Virus record (IMG/VR): IMGVR_UViG_3300032038_000001
Location: 1 to 64,000 of that record
From: a virus
Taxonomy: Duplodnaviria > Caudoviricetes
Reading direction: 5' to 3' (one strand)
Length of the DNA stretch: 64,000 nucleotides
How positions within the stretch are numbered: position 1 is the stretch's first letter; each line of letters starts with the position of its first letter. Made by a program: the position numbers and the translations under genes. Positions 20,130 through 30,807 of this stretch are shown here, piece by piece. The notes under the pieces were generated by a model. It ran no database searches, was not told the DNA's origin, and worked only from the letters and a program-made list of their open reading frames with translations.

Positions 20130-20795
20130 ATGCTAAATGGTAAATTCCTTCAGGAGATCATAAGTAACTATGATGACCATATTCGTAATATAGTTTTTAA
20201 ACTTCAAAAGTATAGCGATGTACTTTTAGGTGAACTTAACCGAGTATCTACTCCTGATAATAATTTTAGATTTGATAATAAATTAATCGGATTTATGATA
20301 TGTGAGTCTGATGAAATACTTAAAAATAAAATACTTGCTACTGGTATAGAAATACGAACTATGCAGTCACAAAAATATACTAATCTTATATATAAAATAA
20401 GTGAAACTGATGGTATATTTTATGCACCAGATAATATTTATCAGCATTTCTTTGATAAGTATAAAGATATGAATTGGTATATTCATTTTTATCAAAATTA
20501 TAATGATAGTGTCAAGAATCCATTGATGTATAATTTTACTGAAATATTTAATCAACACATGAATGAATGTGAACGTTATGTAGATTCATTTCAATATATC
20601 AAATATGATAAAAATATACTACTGCTTCATATCAAAGAGTGTCATGATATATTTAATAAAACAATAAATACATTGATAAAACTTATGGAAGAATCACAAT
20701 CATCATATCGTTCAGCCCTTTTGATGGATGATATGCTTAGGTGTATGGTTATAACATATATTTGTGTATCAAAAATACAAGTTGAAGTTGAATAA
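20130..20795 (+). CDS. Hypothetical helical protein
   Basis: In the operon; SD ggggtga. Confidence 0.6.
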   Translation: MLNGKFLQEIISNYDDHIRNIVFKLQKYSDVLLGELNRVSTPDNNFRFDNKLIGFMICESDEILKNKILATGIEIRTMQSQKYTNLIYKISETDGIFYAPDNIYQHFFDKYKDMNWYIHFYQNYNDSVKNPLMYNFTEIFNQHMNECERYVDSFQYIKYDKNILLLHIKECHDIFNKTINTLIKLMEESQSSYRSALLMDDMLRCMVITYICVSKIQVEVE

Positions 20796-20898
20796 ATATA
20801 AATGATATACATGGTTAATAGCCCATGTATATCATTTATTATAGAAAACATAATTTTAATGAAATATATTAAACTTCAAGGAAAGGAAGTGAAAACTT

Positions 20899-21888
20899 TT
20901 GCTTGATTTATCAAAACAAATTGAAATTGAGTATATGGAATCTATGCTTGAGATGCATAAACTCGATGCTCAATATTTTGTGGAATCTGAATTGTTTAAA
21001 GTAAATCAAAAGTATTTACTTACAGAAGCTGAAGCTGCTAATACACAGACATCTCAAAAATCTGAAGGAATAATAGATAAGATATTTAATCTTATCTCAC
21101 AAATTCTTAATGGTATAAAAAACACATTTATGAATATATTCGGAATTACACCAACAATGGATGTAAATGAATATTGTGGACAAAACGCTAATAAAAAAAT
21201 CAACTGTGAAAAGGATCCGTCTAAGGTTGCAGATTTTTTTGATGGTATGATTTCAAAAGGTCATAATTTGGTTCATAGACTCATAAATAACGAAAAAGTT
21301 TCTGATCAAGAATTTGATGAATATACAATGAACCCATCAAGTAGTATTGAGCAAGGTCTTAAGGTAATTGGTGGTAGTGTTATTACGATGGCTGCTGGCG
21401 CAGGAGTTGCTGCGATGGTTAGTGGACGTATAGGAAAACAATCAGATGAAGTTAAACAACTTAATGAAGAAACAAAAAAATACATGAAAGACCATAAGAC
21501 AGAAATGAATCAAACTGTTGGTGATAGGGTTGAAAAAGTTCTTAAGACCATGCACAGTGCTATAAGCGAAAGTAATAAATTCTTCTCTGCCTTTGGTCAT
21601 AGAATAGCTGCTGGTGTTGGTAAACTACGTGACAAAATGAACGGAAAAATAACAGATCCTGAAGAAGTCAAAGCTAATAAACAACGTCTTGACGGTGCAT
21701 CTGGGACTGGTATTGAAGAACAGTATAAAAAGTCTGTTGATTTCTTTTTAAGAAACGAAGGCTCAAAATACAGTAAATGGGATTCAACTATCGAGACTAA
21801 TCTAATTAATGCAGTTAGATGTGGTGATAAACAAAAGAATTATGTATTAGGATATGCCAAAAAGAAATGGGAAGAACAGCATAAATAA
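20899..21888 (+). CDS. Inner-head paralog family protein
   Basis: Acidic leader ending YLLTEA, GIIDKIF helix, Ala/Gly-rich segment; late promoter at 20847-20858. Confidence 0.6.
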   Translation: MLDLSKQIEIEYMESMLEMHKLDAQYFVESELFKVNQKYLLTEAEAANTQTSQKSEGIIDKIFNLISQILNGIKNTFMNIFGITPTMDVNEYCGQNANKKINCEKDPSKVADFFDGMISKGHNLVHRLINNEKVSDQEFDEYTMNPSSSIEQGLKVIGGSVITMAAGAGVAAMVSGRIGKQSDEVKQLNEETKKYMKDHKTEMNQTVGDRVEKVLKTMHSAISESNKFFSAFGHRIAAGVGKLRDKMNGKITDPEEVKANKQRLDGASGTGIEEQYKKSVDFFLRNEGSKYSKWDSTIETNLINAVRCGDKQKNYVLGYAKKKWEEQHK

Positions 21889-21913
21889 TACCGAATGGAG
21901 GTTTAAATAAACT

Positions 21914-23158
21914 ATGACAAATGAAATATTTAATAGTCATCTTAGCGGTTATGAAAGAGAGATGGCAATTCGAGAAGCAGAATATGATACATTATTTGCT
22001 AAAGCTACAATGATGCTTGAAATGGTAGATATGCAGCTTGAACAGAATATTCGTGAGGCTGAACTCAAAGTATTTAAAGAAGGAGGTACTTATGATGATT
22101 ATGAGTACCTTGTTCAAGAAGCTGATGAGCAAGCAGGAGAACAGAAGAAGGGTGTCTTCGCTACAATAATCGAAGCTATAAGAACTCTATTCCAAAAAAT
22201 CGGCGATGCTTTATCTAGATTATTTCATATTGATAAAGATGTTAGTGATGATACAGTAGTACAGTGTGATGAACAACTTTCAGCAGCAAATTCTTTTATT
22301 AATGAAGTTTGGGGTCCTCTCAAACAATTTGCAATCGGAGGTGTATTCGGTGGTGTTGCCGAGGCTATAAAGAAAATAGTCGCCGGTGATATTATGGCAG
22401 TACTTGAAAAACCTCATAACAAACTTGTTAATTTTACAGTTGGTAAGCTCAAAATAATGAGAGAAAATCTTACAAAAATACATCAAGATGGAAATTCATT
22501 ATGTGACAAGATGAAAGAAAAACTTAATTCTGATCCAAAAGCATATGATAATAACGGAGAACAAGTAGAAGATAAGAGCGGTAAAAAGCATCCAATACTT
22601 GATATGTTTTTTGATGCTATGAAGAAGTTTCTCGGGTTTATTCTAAAAATTGTTAATAAATATATAGTTGGTCCGTTAAAGAAAATCGGTGTTAAAAACG
22701 TTGATGATAAACCCGAAAATGATGAATCTAAGGGTGAAAATAATTCAGAAAATCAGAATACTGAGAATAATGCTGACAATGCAAATAATGATAATCAACA
22801 GCAAAATACAGAAGATAATAATGATAATAGTAAAGATACTAAGTTGACGACAAAAGATCAGAAGAGTGTAAGAAATTTTATTCGTGACTATAAGAAAAAT
22901 AATAAAAATGCAAAACAACCGCCTGATGACGAAACATTAAAAACAATGACCATTGGTGGTTATGATAGTAGTAGTCCTAAATTTAATGCAGCGATGGACT
23001 ATTTCAAATCTCAATTTGCTATGACTACTGATCTCGATAATGTTGAAGAACGCGTATCACTCGACGATTTTCTTGACGATATAAACAATGATTTAATAAC
23101 TGAATCAGAATCATCGAATTTGATGGAGATTCAGAGTTTACTCGAAGAAATTTTATAA
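21914..23158 (+). CDS. Inner-head paralog family protein
   Basis: EAELKV.KE.G...D..YL.QEA shared with the 23180 gene; N/D-rich linker. Confidence 0.6.
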   Translation: MTNEIFNSHLSGYEREMAIREAEYDTLFAKATMMLEMVDMQLEQNIREAELKVFKEGGTYDDYEYLVQEADEQAGEQKKGVFATIIEAIRTLFQKIGDALSRLFHIDKDVSDDTVVQCDEQLSAANSFINEVWGPLKQFAIGGVFGGVAEAIKKIVAGDIMAVLEKPHNKLVNFTVGKLKIMRENLTKIHQDGNSLCDKMKEKLNSDPKAYDNNGEQVEDKSGKKHPILDMFFDAMKKFLGFILKIVNKYIVGPLKKIGVKNVDDKPENDESKGENNSENQNTENNADNANNDNQQQNTEDNNDNSKDTKLTTKDQKSVRNFIRDYKKNNKNAKQPPDDETLKTMTIGGYDSSSPKFNAAMDYFKSQFAMTTDLDNVEERVSLDDFLDDINNDLITESESSNLMEIQSLLEEIL

Positions 23159-23179
23159 ATAAAAAGGAGTTGTTAAATA

Positions 23180-24163
23180 ATGAAATTTTCAGAGCTTGTA
23201 AATGTTTTAGAGCATGCTGAAAAACAGTGTGATCTTGAAATTGCAAAGGCTTCACTTTTTGCTGAAGCTTCATACAAGAACTATCTTATTAATTGTGAAG
23301 AGGCTGAACTTAAGGTTGTTAAGGAATCAGGTAATACTGATGATCTTACATATTTATATGAGGAAGCTAAAGAAGGTCTTATCGATAAGGCAAAAAATGC
23401 TATAAAGAAAATATTTGATGCACTCATGAATTTTGCTAGAACTATTGTAGAAAAAATTAAGTCATTCTTTACGAGTAAATCAACTAATGATGCTATTGAT
23501 AAGATTGAGAATGAGTGTAAGAAAAATCCAAAATTAAAAAATGCGAAAATCGAATCACCTGATTATGACAAAGCTGAAAAAGAATGTGATTCTGCTATTA
23601 GTAAAATCAAAAAAGTTGTAGCTAAAGTTGGTAGTGGGCATGTTTCTGAACATGACAATGATACACTCGATGAGGTAGAGGCTACCAATGGAAAAGTTAA
23701 AAAAATTTTAGCCGCTGCTGCTGCAGTATCAGTTACTATTGCTGCCGCAATTGGTACACTGAGAGCATTATATAAAAAAGGTAATGCAGATTTTATTAAA
23801 GAAGATAAGACCGTTGCTGAGAGAATATATAAGAATATAACGACAAAAATGATTCCTATTCAAGCAAATATTAACAACAGATGTTCTTCAGTTTATGCTT
23901 CAATAAGCAAGATTAAACATAAGATTTCTTTTGATAAAGTTACACACTTTTTCTCTTCAATATTTAATTTCGTTACAAAAAAGAAAAACATTGATAATGC
24001 AGAGGTTACCGATACTAAAAAGGAGTCAGCATTTGATGCAGATTCATATCTGGATTCTATGTTCAATGAATCAGCTAATGATGTAGATAGTATCTTTGAT
24101 TCAATCCTCGAATCAGTTGATTCCTCTTCAGATGACGATATTTTTGATTCATTACTTTTTTAA
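23180..24163 (+). CDS. Inner-head paralog family protein
   Basis: YLYEEAKEGLIDKAK, CKKNPKL, AAAAAVSVTIAAAIG; acidic repeated C-tail (DS...ES). Confidence 0.6.
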   Translation: MKFSELVNVLEHAEKQCDLEIAKASLFAEASYKNYLINCEEAELKVVKESGNTDDLTYLYEEAKEGLIDKAKNAIKKIFDALMNFARTIVEKIKSFFTSKSTNDAIDKIENECKKNPKLKNAKIESPDYDKAEKECDSAISKIKKVVAKVGSGHVSEHDNDTLDEVEATNGKVKKILAAAAAVSVTIAAAIGTLRALYKKGNADFIKEDKTVAERIYKNITTKMIPIQANINNRCSSVYASISKIKHKISFDKVTHFFSSIFNFVTKKKNIDNAEVTDTKKESAFDADSYLDSMFNESANDVDSIFDSILESVDSSSDDDIFDSLLF

Positions 24164-24250
24164 TTATAAAAAAAATATTCAAACCATTATTTAAAAGGGT
24201 AGGGTAATATTACCCTACCCTTTTTTATAGTATAAAAAAGGAGTGATATT

Positions 24251-25342
24251 ATGCAAAAAGATTTATTTTATCGAAAGCAATTTTATAATGCTATGGTAGA
24301 AGTAAATGAATCTATAAACTCATATATAGATTTGACAGATTATCAGATGATATTTGAAGCCGATGACCCTAACGTAATGAATGCTGTTGTAAAAAATACA
24401 CAAACACAACAGCAAGGTGATAATGCGCTAACAAGAGCTTGTAACGCAATACTTAATATGATTAAAAATCTTATTAAATCTATAAAAGACTTTTTTGCAA
24501 GATTTACTATGTCAAAATCAGAGAAAAATGCCTTTTATGCTTTTAGAGAAGCATGTAAAAAGGATCCATCATTAGCTAACAAAAAAATTCATATTTCCGA
24601 TTATAAAAAGGCAATTGATCAAATGCAGCAGCAATATAACGCAGCAGCTGGAAAAATAGATAACGCTATGAGACAACTGGATAATGCAGATGAAGGTTCT
24701 ATAGATAAGATTCTTGCAGATGCTACTGCTGGTGCCGAAAATTTTTTGAAAACTTCAGTAAGTTCAATTACCAAGGACAGTGTTGAAATTACTGCAGGTA
24801 TTCTTGAAAAATGGGGACAAAGTAGTATTCGAAATGCAGAGCAAGTTCTCAATTTGCTTGAGAATGACCAAAAGTTCTATCAAAACCTTGTTGATTCTAT
24901 GGGTCAGAGTGGCGCAGAAAAATATAAAAAGCGCATGAAACAGTACTCATCAAAGAATATATTGATGGATAAGAAAATTAAAATCACAAGACATATATAT
25001 CAAAATATTCAGGAATGTGTAGAGGCTGAGGCTAGAGAACTTACAAGATTCGGTGGTCTTGGATTAATCACATCACATACTGGTAGAAATATCATTAAAA
25101 ATGGTATCAAAGCTGCTCGTAGTGATATGGGACAGGAAGCTATAGCTCAGAGTATGACATCTAAGAAAATTAAAAATGTTGAAGATGAATATACTAATCT
25201 TTTACATAATGAACCCAAACGTGAAGAATACCATACCGATGATAAATTTAATAGTGAGCATGCTAAATGGGAAAAGAAGAAAGAAGCTCTTGTTGCGAAA
25301 AGGGCAAAAATTGATAACAATAATAGACGTAAGTTTAAATAA
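24251..25342 (+). CDS. Inner-head paralog family protein
   Basis: MIFEAD; CKKDPSLANKKI, homologous to segments in the 23180 and 10441 genes. Confidence 0.6.
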   Translation: MQKDLFYRKQFYNAMVEVNESINSYIDLTDYQMIFEADDPNVMNAVVKNTQTQQQGDNALTRACNAILNMIKNLIKSIKDFFARFTMSKSEKNAFYAFREACKKDPSLANKKIHISDYKKAIDQMQQQYNAAAGKIDNAMRQLDNADEGSIDKILADATAGAENFLKTSVSSITKDSVEITAGILEKWGQSSIRNAEQVLNLLENDQKFYQNLVDSMGQSGAEKYKKRMKQYSSKNILMDKKIKITRHIYQNIQECVEAEARELTRFGGLGLITSHTGRNIIKNGIKAARSDMGQEAIAQSMTSKKIKNVEDEYTNLLHNEPKREEYHTDDKFNSEHAKWEKKKEALVAKRAKIDNNNRRKFK

Positions 25343-25443
25343 TAATCTAGGACATATCTTAACAATAAAAAAGATATGTCCTAGATTTTTCCTTTAAAAA
25401 CAATGTAATAAACTAATTAAATATACGAAAGGAGTTTTATCTC

Positions 25444-26769
25444 ATGAAAATTAGTGTTAATTATATAAATCAGGGTTCTGATTTATTATTTAATGATGAT
25501 GTAAATATATACGAAAGTTTCTGTGATAAATATATTGATGAAGTCGATAAAGCTATGGTTGAATATAAGATAGCTTGTTCTGATGATGGCATCTTTGATA
25601 CTCTCACATTTATGGAAGCAGATGAAACAAGTACATCCGATAAAAAGGAAAAAGCTAAAAAGTCAGTCATCGAAAAAATCGGTGCCGCACTTATAGCTAT
25701 GGGAAAGAAGTTTTCCGAACTTGTTCAGAAAGCTATTCAGAAAGTAAAGGATTTGTTTTTCAAGTTTAAAAGTAACGAAAAGAAAATGAATGAACTTGTA
25801 AAATCACATCCTGAACTTACAAAAGAGAAGATACAGTTACTCTGTTCTGAAGGTGAACTTGATTTTGACATGATAAAGTCTATGTCTCAGCTTCAAAAAG
25901 AATTTGATGCTATCATGAAGATGAATGAAGAGGCTGACTATGAGCCTGGTTCAATGAAAGCTAAGTGGGAAAAAGCTAAGAGAAAGTGGTTTGATACACA
26001 AGATGGTAAACTTATTAAAGCTGGAAAAATAGCTGCTGGTGCTGCTGCTGTAATTGGTTTAGCTGTTGCTATTAAAGAGATTAAACCTAAATTTTCTAAG
26101 GCAAATACTAATTTTGTACAAGCAGAAAAAGAGAATAGTGAAGCTATTGCTAAAGCATATGATAACCTGAAGAAAAATGGGCATCTTAATAAAAATGTGG
26201 GATTTCACCAAGAAAAGCTTATGATCAGAAAAGAGATGCAAGGTTTACATGCTAAAGCAATAGGAATGACTACCTCTTTATTAAGTAAACTGGAAATGAG
26301 CATCGCTAAAGCTCTTGACAAAATTGATGTTAATGCTGATAAGAAAAAACTCGCTGCACATATTGATATAAGAAATACTAAGAATAGAATACGAGCAGAT
26401 AAGAAAGAAGCCCTCAGAGACGAGACTATTAAAGCCTTTAAAACAGGCAAGGCACAACAAAGTGGACGTCATGCCTCTGATTTTGAGCATCGGGATCAAT
26501 TAAATCAGATGTCTGCTGATAAAATTATATCTGATGCAAACGCTAAGGTTAAAGCCGAACTTAAAGTTCTTAAATCTGAAGAAGGAAAAGAACTTTCGAA
26601 ACTTAAAATAAAAGAAGCCGTTAAAAAGGCATATAAAGAAACGATAAAAAAATACGAAGCGCAAGCCGATGCATATGAAATTGATAAAGTTAAAAATTAC
26701 TTTGATCAGAAGCTTTCCGATGAATTACTAATTAGAGAACTCTACGGAAAAGATAAATCTGAAGATTAA
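25444..26769 (+). CDS. Inner-head paralog family protein
   Basis: LTFMEADE; IAAGAAAVIGLAVAI; late promoter at 25399-25410. Confidence 0.6.
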   Translation: MKISVNYINQGSDLLFNDDVNIYESFCDKYIDEVDKAMVEYKIACSDDGIFDTLTFMEADETSTSDKKEKAKKSVIEKIGAALIAMGKKFSELVQKAIQKVKDLFFKFKSNEKKMNELVKSHPELTKEKIQLLCSEGELDFDMIKSMSQLQKEFDAIMKMNEEADYEPGSMKAKWEKAKRKWFDTQDGKLIKAGKIAAGAAAVIGLAVAIKEIKPKFSKANTNFVQAEKENSEAIAKAYDNLKKNGHLNKNVGFHQEKLMIRKEMQGLHAKAIGMTTSLLSKLEMSIAKALDKIDVNADKKKLAAHIDIRNTKNRIRADKKEALRDETIKAFKTGKAQQSGRHASDFEHRDQLNQMSADKIISDANAKVKAELKVLKSEEGKELSKLKIKEAVKKAYKETIKKYEAQADAYEIDKVKNYFDQKLSDELLIRELYGKDKSED

Positions 26770-26785
26770 AAGGCGGTGATAACAA

Positions 26786-29467
26786 ATGAGTTACATAGAT
26801 TATGTGCTTGAATCCCTTTCATTATTTAGGGAATTTGATATGAGTAATTATATATCAAATGCAAAATATTCTATAAATAATAAATATAATATAAGAAATA
26901 ATAAATTAATTTTAGGCAGTAGTATTGAATTGCTCAGCAAACTCGCATATTATATAAGTTCTAATAGAACTATAGTGCCTGATATTTTAGCATTTTATGG
27001 CTCTTGTAATAAAAATTTATTCGATTCTTTACCGAACACATTTATTCATGCTATTACTGCACCTGATGTAAGTGATATAAAACCTCAATATATAAATTCA
27101 TATATAACACATATAGGAAAAATTATTGATGATACTCTCAATGGTAAAGATACACGAAATGATGTTATAGAGTTTACTGACGCATCTTCAGTAAATAAAA
27201 TGAGAAAGCAAGTTGTTAAAACAACTCTTTCTTATGATATAGATCCAGGTATTGCCTTAAAATGTGATATCAGTGAATCTCCAACAATGCAGATGTCTTC
27301 CGTATATGTACAGAAATTTATTATTCCATTTTTGAAATCATATGAAAATAATGCTACACAGATAATGAATGATATATCCTCAGCAATTTCAATTATTGAA
27401 AAATGTGAAAGAGATGTTATGACATATAATGAGACAATTGAAAACATTAGAAAAACTACCAAATTTGATAATACAGTAATTAAGAGAATAAATTATGTAA
27501 CGTATAATTGTTACAGAGCTCTTGCTGATATTGTATATTTCATGTCTGCTATGATATATAGAAAAGTAAGTTACTATGTTCAGAATGTAACTGAGTGTAT
27601 TAAGATAAAATCTATATATGAAAATATCATGAGTAATAACCCTGTTATTGAAGCTGTTAGTGAAACTATTCTTCCAGAGGATACTAATAATCTTAAAGAG
27701 GATCTTATGGAAGGTAGAGCAGATGCATATGAAAGTATTTCTAACAATATTTATGAGTATAACTCTGGTATTCTTAAAAATAGTCCTGAATCTCCATTAA
27801 CAGCTCTTGGTAGCTCTGTTGAAGGTTCTATTGAAACATCTGTGGATAATGCAGATTATGATAAAACAGACTATGAAGAGGCTAGTAAAATATTCATCAT
27901 CATTTCTAAAGGTCTTGATATCATTTCACAATATAGTGATGATTATCTTTTAGTATTTGATGATATTATCGATAAAGCTGGTTTCCAAGTATCTTTAAAT
28001 GATAGATTTAAAACATTACTTGATGGGTTTGATGATGTTGAAGAATATACTTCAGCAGCAAATCTTCCTACAGAGAGTGTAAATGTATATTTCAAGATGT
28101 TAGCTGATGTTAAGTCATATGGAGAAAATATGACTAAAATCGCAAAAAATATTTACGATTGCCGTATGAAAATTGAGACTCTCGAAACGAGATTTAATGA
28201 TAATATCAATGGTGAATACGCTAATGCTGAAGCTATTAACGAACTCAAGATTTTTATGGAAAACTTCAAGGAAGAATTTAATACACTCGTTAATATAGTT
28301 GCTGGTAAATTTATGCTTCGTTTAAAGAACATAAATATTGCATTAGAAGTTCTTAATAATAAACGTATTGAAAATGCTGATTTAAATGATGACGTATATG
28401 AAAACACAAACTTCAATGATTTAACGACACTCGAAAGTATGATTGCAGATTATAATGTAATAACAGACGCTATATTTGAAAATCTTGCTAAAGAGTATAC
28501 AATCGCTAAAGAAATGAAAAACCGTGGTTGTAAGATTGTGTTCGAGGCTGATGCCCCGGCTGCACAACCCACAACGGGAACAACTAATACAACGCAGACT
28601 AATGGTGCACAAACAACTGCAACAACAACTACAACTCAAACGGCAGCTCAGACTGCTGTAAAACCTAACTTCCAACAGAAAATTCTTAACCAGTTAAATG
28701 AGTGGTTCACACAATTAACCAATAAACTTAACGATATCTTAAATGGTCAAATGGCTAAGAAAGATGGAGAGTATATACAGAAGTTTAAGGATGAATTACT
28801 TAGTAAAGACTATACTAATTTATCAACATCACAACCTATATTAAACTATGAAACTCTTATGCCGTATAATAATATTCTTAATGATTTGAATGGACTTAAA
28901 GGAAGAGTAAATGTGGCATCATTCCAGAAGCTGAATTCTTCTCATTCTAAAGATGATGTTATTAAACTGCTTTTCCCGTCATCACCGCCTGCTACAGTAT
29001 TTAATTCGAATAGCGTTGCTGATGCAATTACTCAATATTACAAAGTTGGTACTAATACATCAGCACAACCTATGAATTTCTCAGGTGATACACTTAAGTC
29101 AGTAATCACAAATGCAGTAACATACTGTGAAAACTGCTATAATACTATACTTCCTGCCGTAAGACAGAATATTCAATCAATTAAGACTAATCTTGAAGCA
29201 GCGATGTCTACTATAGTAAAAGAAAATGGATATGATATAACTCTCGGCCTTTTATTTACAGAAGCAGATGCCAATGCAACAACTAATTCTAATAACCAAA
29301 ACCAAAATAATGCTAAAAACGTAAATAATATGAATGATAAAATTAATTACGCTCGTAATTATATTACACAATATTGCAATGCAGTTCTTACCGCAATATT
29401 TGATAGACAGAAAGATTATATGGCATTATTAAAAACATTTGTGAATGATTCAAATAATACACAATAA
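26786..29467 (+). CDS. Large multi-module inner-head family protein
   Basis: 893 aa with internal VIEA, VFEA and FTEA sites followed by T/N-rich linkers. Confidence 0.55.
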   Translation: MSYIDYVLESLSLFREFDMSNYISNAKYSINNKYNIRNNKLILGSSIELLSKLAYYISSNRTIVPDILAFYGSCNKNLFDSLPNTFIHAITAPDVSDIKPQYINSYITHIGKIIDDTLNGKDTRNDVIEFTDASSVNKMRKQVVKTTLSYDIDPGIALKCDISESPTMQMSSVYVQKFIIPFLKSYENNATQIMNDISSAISIIEKCERDVMTYNETIENIRKTTKFDNTVIKRINYVTYNCYRALADIVYFMSAMIYRKVSYYVQNVTECIKIKSIYENIMSNNPVIEAVSETILPEDTNNLKEDLMEGRADAYESISNNIYEYNSGILKNSPESPLTALGSSVEGSIETSVDNADYDKTDYEEASKIFIIISKGLDIISQYSDDYLLVFDDIIDKAGFQVSLNDRFKTLLDGFDDVEEYTSAANLPTESVNVYFKMLADVKSYGENMTKIAKNIYDCRMKIETLETRFNDNINGEYANAEAINELKIFMENFKEEFNTLVNIVAGKFMLRLKNINIALEVLNNKRIENADLNDDVYENTNFNDLTTLESMIADYNVITDAIFENLAKEYTIAKEMKNRGCKIVFEADAPAAQPTTGTTNTTQTNGAQTTATTTTTQTAAQTAVKPNFQQKILNQLNEWFTQLTNKLNDILNGQMAKKDGEYIQKFKDELLSKDYTNLSTSQPILNYETLMPYNNILNDLNGLKGRVNVASFQKLNSSHSKDDVIKLLFPSSPPATVFNSNSVADAITQYYKVGTNTSAQPMNFSGDTLKSVITNAVTYCENCYNTILPAVRQNIQSIKTNLEAAMSTIVKENGYDITLGLLFTEADANATTNSNNQNQNNAKNVNNMNDKINYARNYITQYCNAVLTAIFDRQKDYMALLKTFVNDSNNTQ

Positions 29468-29503
29468 AAAAAAAATAAGGTGAATGGATAAAATCCATTC
29501 ACC

Positions 29504-30778
29504 TTATTTTGTACGCTTTAAATTAATCATTGTACTTATAACGAAGTTAGACCCTTCTTTAGTAAATTTATGATTTACATTAGTAAGCATATAGACTCCA
29601 TTATATTTTGATGATAGAGCGGAATCTTCAAATACCAAGTTCATTTTCTTATTAGGAGATAACATATCCACATCATAATCCATTAATAGCAATGAAACAA
29701 CCGTACCAGCACTTGCAGATTGTGCTGTATATATTTGTCCGAGCCATTGATTTTCTGTTTTATTTTCTTGAAATTTATATGAACCATCATCAATAGACTT
29801 CCTACTGATTGATAGTTCAACATCGCCTGTATAATTATCAATATATTTTACGTTTGAGTCTGATATGATATCATTAGTTATAGTATCATCATATATTGAA
29901 ATAGACCTATAATCTGCAACTATATAATTAGCCGTTAAATCGGAATCTTTAGATATAGTACAGCATTGAGTTGCATGTCCATTTGATTCAGATGGTATTA
30001 CTATCTGTGTATTTTGAATTTCATTTTGCTGGTAAGCTGTACATTTTCCGTCATATTGTAATATATATGACGTATTGAAATCAAAAAACATCATACTACC
30101 AGTTTTATATATCCCATAGTATGTGTCTAAAAATCTTAAAGCGTGTAAACAACTTAACGGGGGAATAACTATATTTTTATAAATAACATTATTATGAGCT
30201 GGACTCATTAACACATTTCTTATTTTAGCTGTTGTTAAAACATATGCAAGGGCATCTGTTATTGTGCAATCTTTAAGAATTGCATTAACTGGTGTTGTGT
30301 TCAGTCCCCTAATATTATCAGTTTTGAATAAGAAAAATTCTACTTTGTTATTAGCTTCTCTTACATCATTTAAATCGTTTTTTCTAATATATTTAAAATC
30401 ATATTTGTTAAGTTGACGTTTAGTCACATCAGTTAAATCTAATGATTCATCATCAAGAATTAAAGTAAATGTGTCATTGATAAAATCACGTTTCAATGAT
30501 GTTGATTTACTATCAATTCGTTGATAATACTTTTGTATCCTTAGATGAAATTGTATTTTATCTTTATATTTGAGAATCTTATAATATATAGATGGTTCCA
30601 AAACAAGTTCTATTTTAAATATCGGATACACATAACTTTCATAATCATTAAGAATGCTTATTGACACGAGTCTTTCTGGCGGTATGGTTATTATATTTAC
30701 CTCTGGTATTATAAGTTGTATATTTGATACATTATATCTCCAAAGGAACATCCTATCGCTTGAAGAATATATACTCAC
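29504..30778 (-). CDS. Putative baseplate hub/tail protein
   Basis: Beta-rich; SISILNDYE..V.P at the N-terminus and YNGVYMLTNVNHKF at the C-terminus, as in gp27/gpD-like hubs. Confidence 0.55.
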   Translation of the reverse strand: MSIYSSSDRMFLWRYNVSNIQLIIPEVNIITIPPERLVSISILNDYESYVYPIFKIELVLEPSIYYKILKYKDKIQFHLRIQKYYQRIDSKSTSLKRDFINDTFTLILDDESLDLTDVTKRQLNKYDFKYIRKNDLNDVREANNKVEFFLFKTDNIRGLNTTPVNAILKDCTITDALAYVLTTAKIRNVLMSPAHNNVIYKNIVIPPLSCLHALRFLDTYYGIYKTGSMMFFDFNTSYILQYDGKCTAYQQNEIQNTQIVIPSESNGHATQCCTISKDSDLTANYIVADYRSISIYDDTITNDIISDSNVKYIDNYTGDVELSISRKSIDDGSYKFQENKTENQWLGQIYTAQSASAGTVVSLLLMDYDVDMLSPNKKMNLVFEDSALSSKYNGVYMLTNVNHKFTKEGSNFVISTMINLKRTK

Positions 30779-30807
30779 ATTATCACCATCTTTCTTATTT
30801 TAATGTA

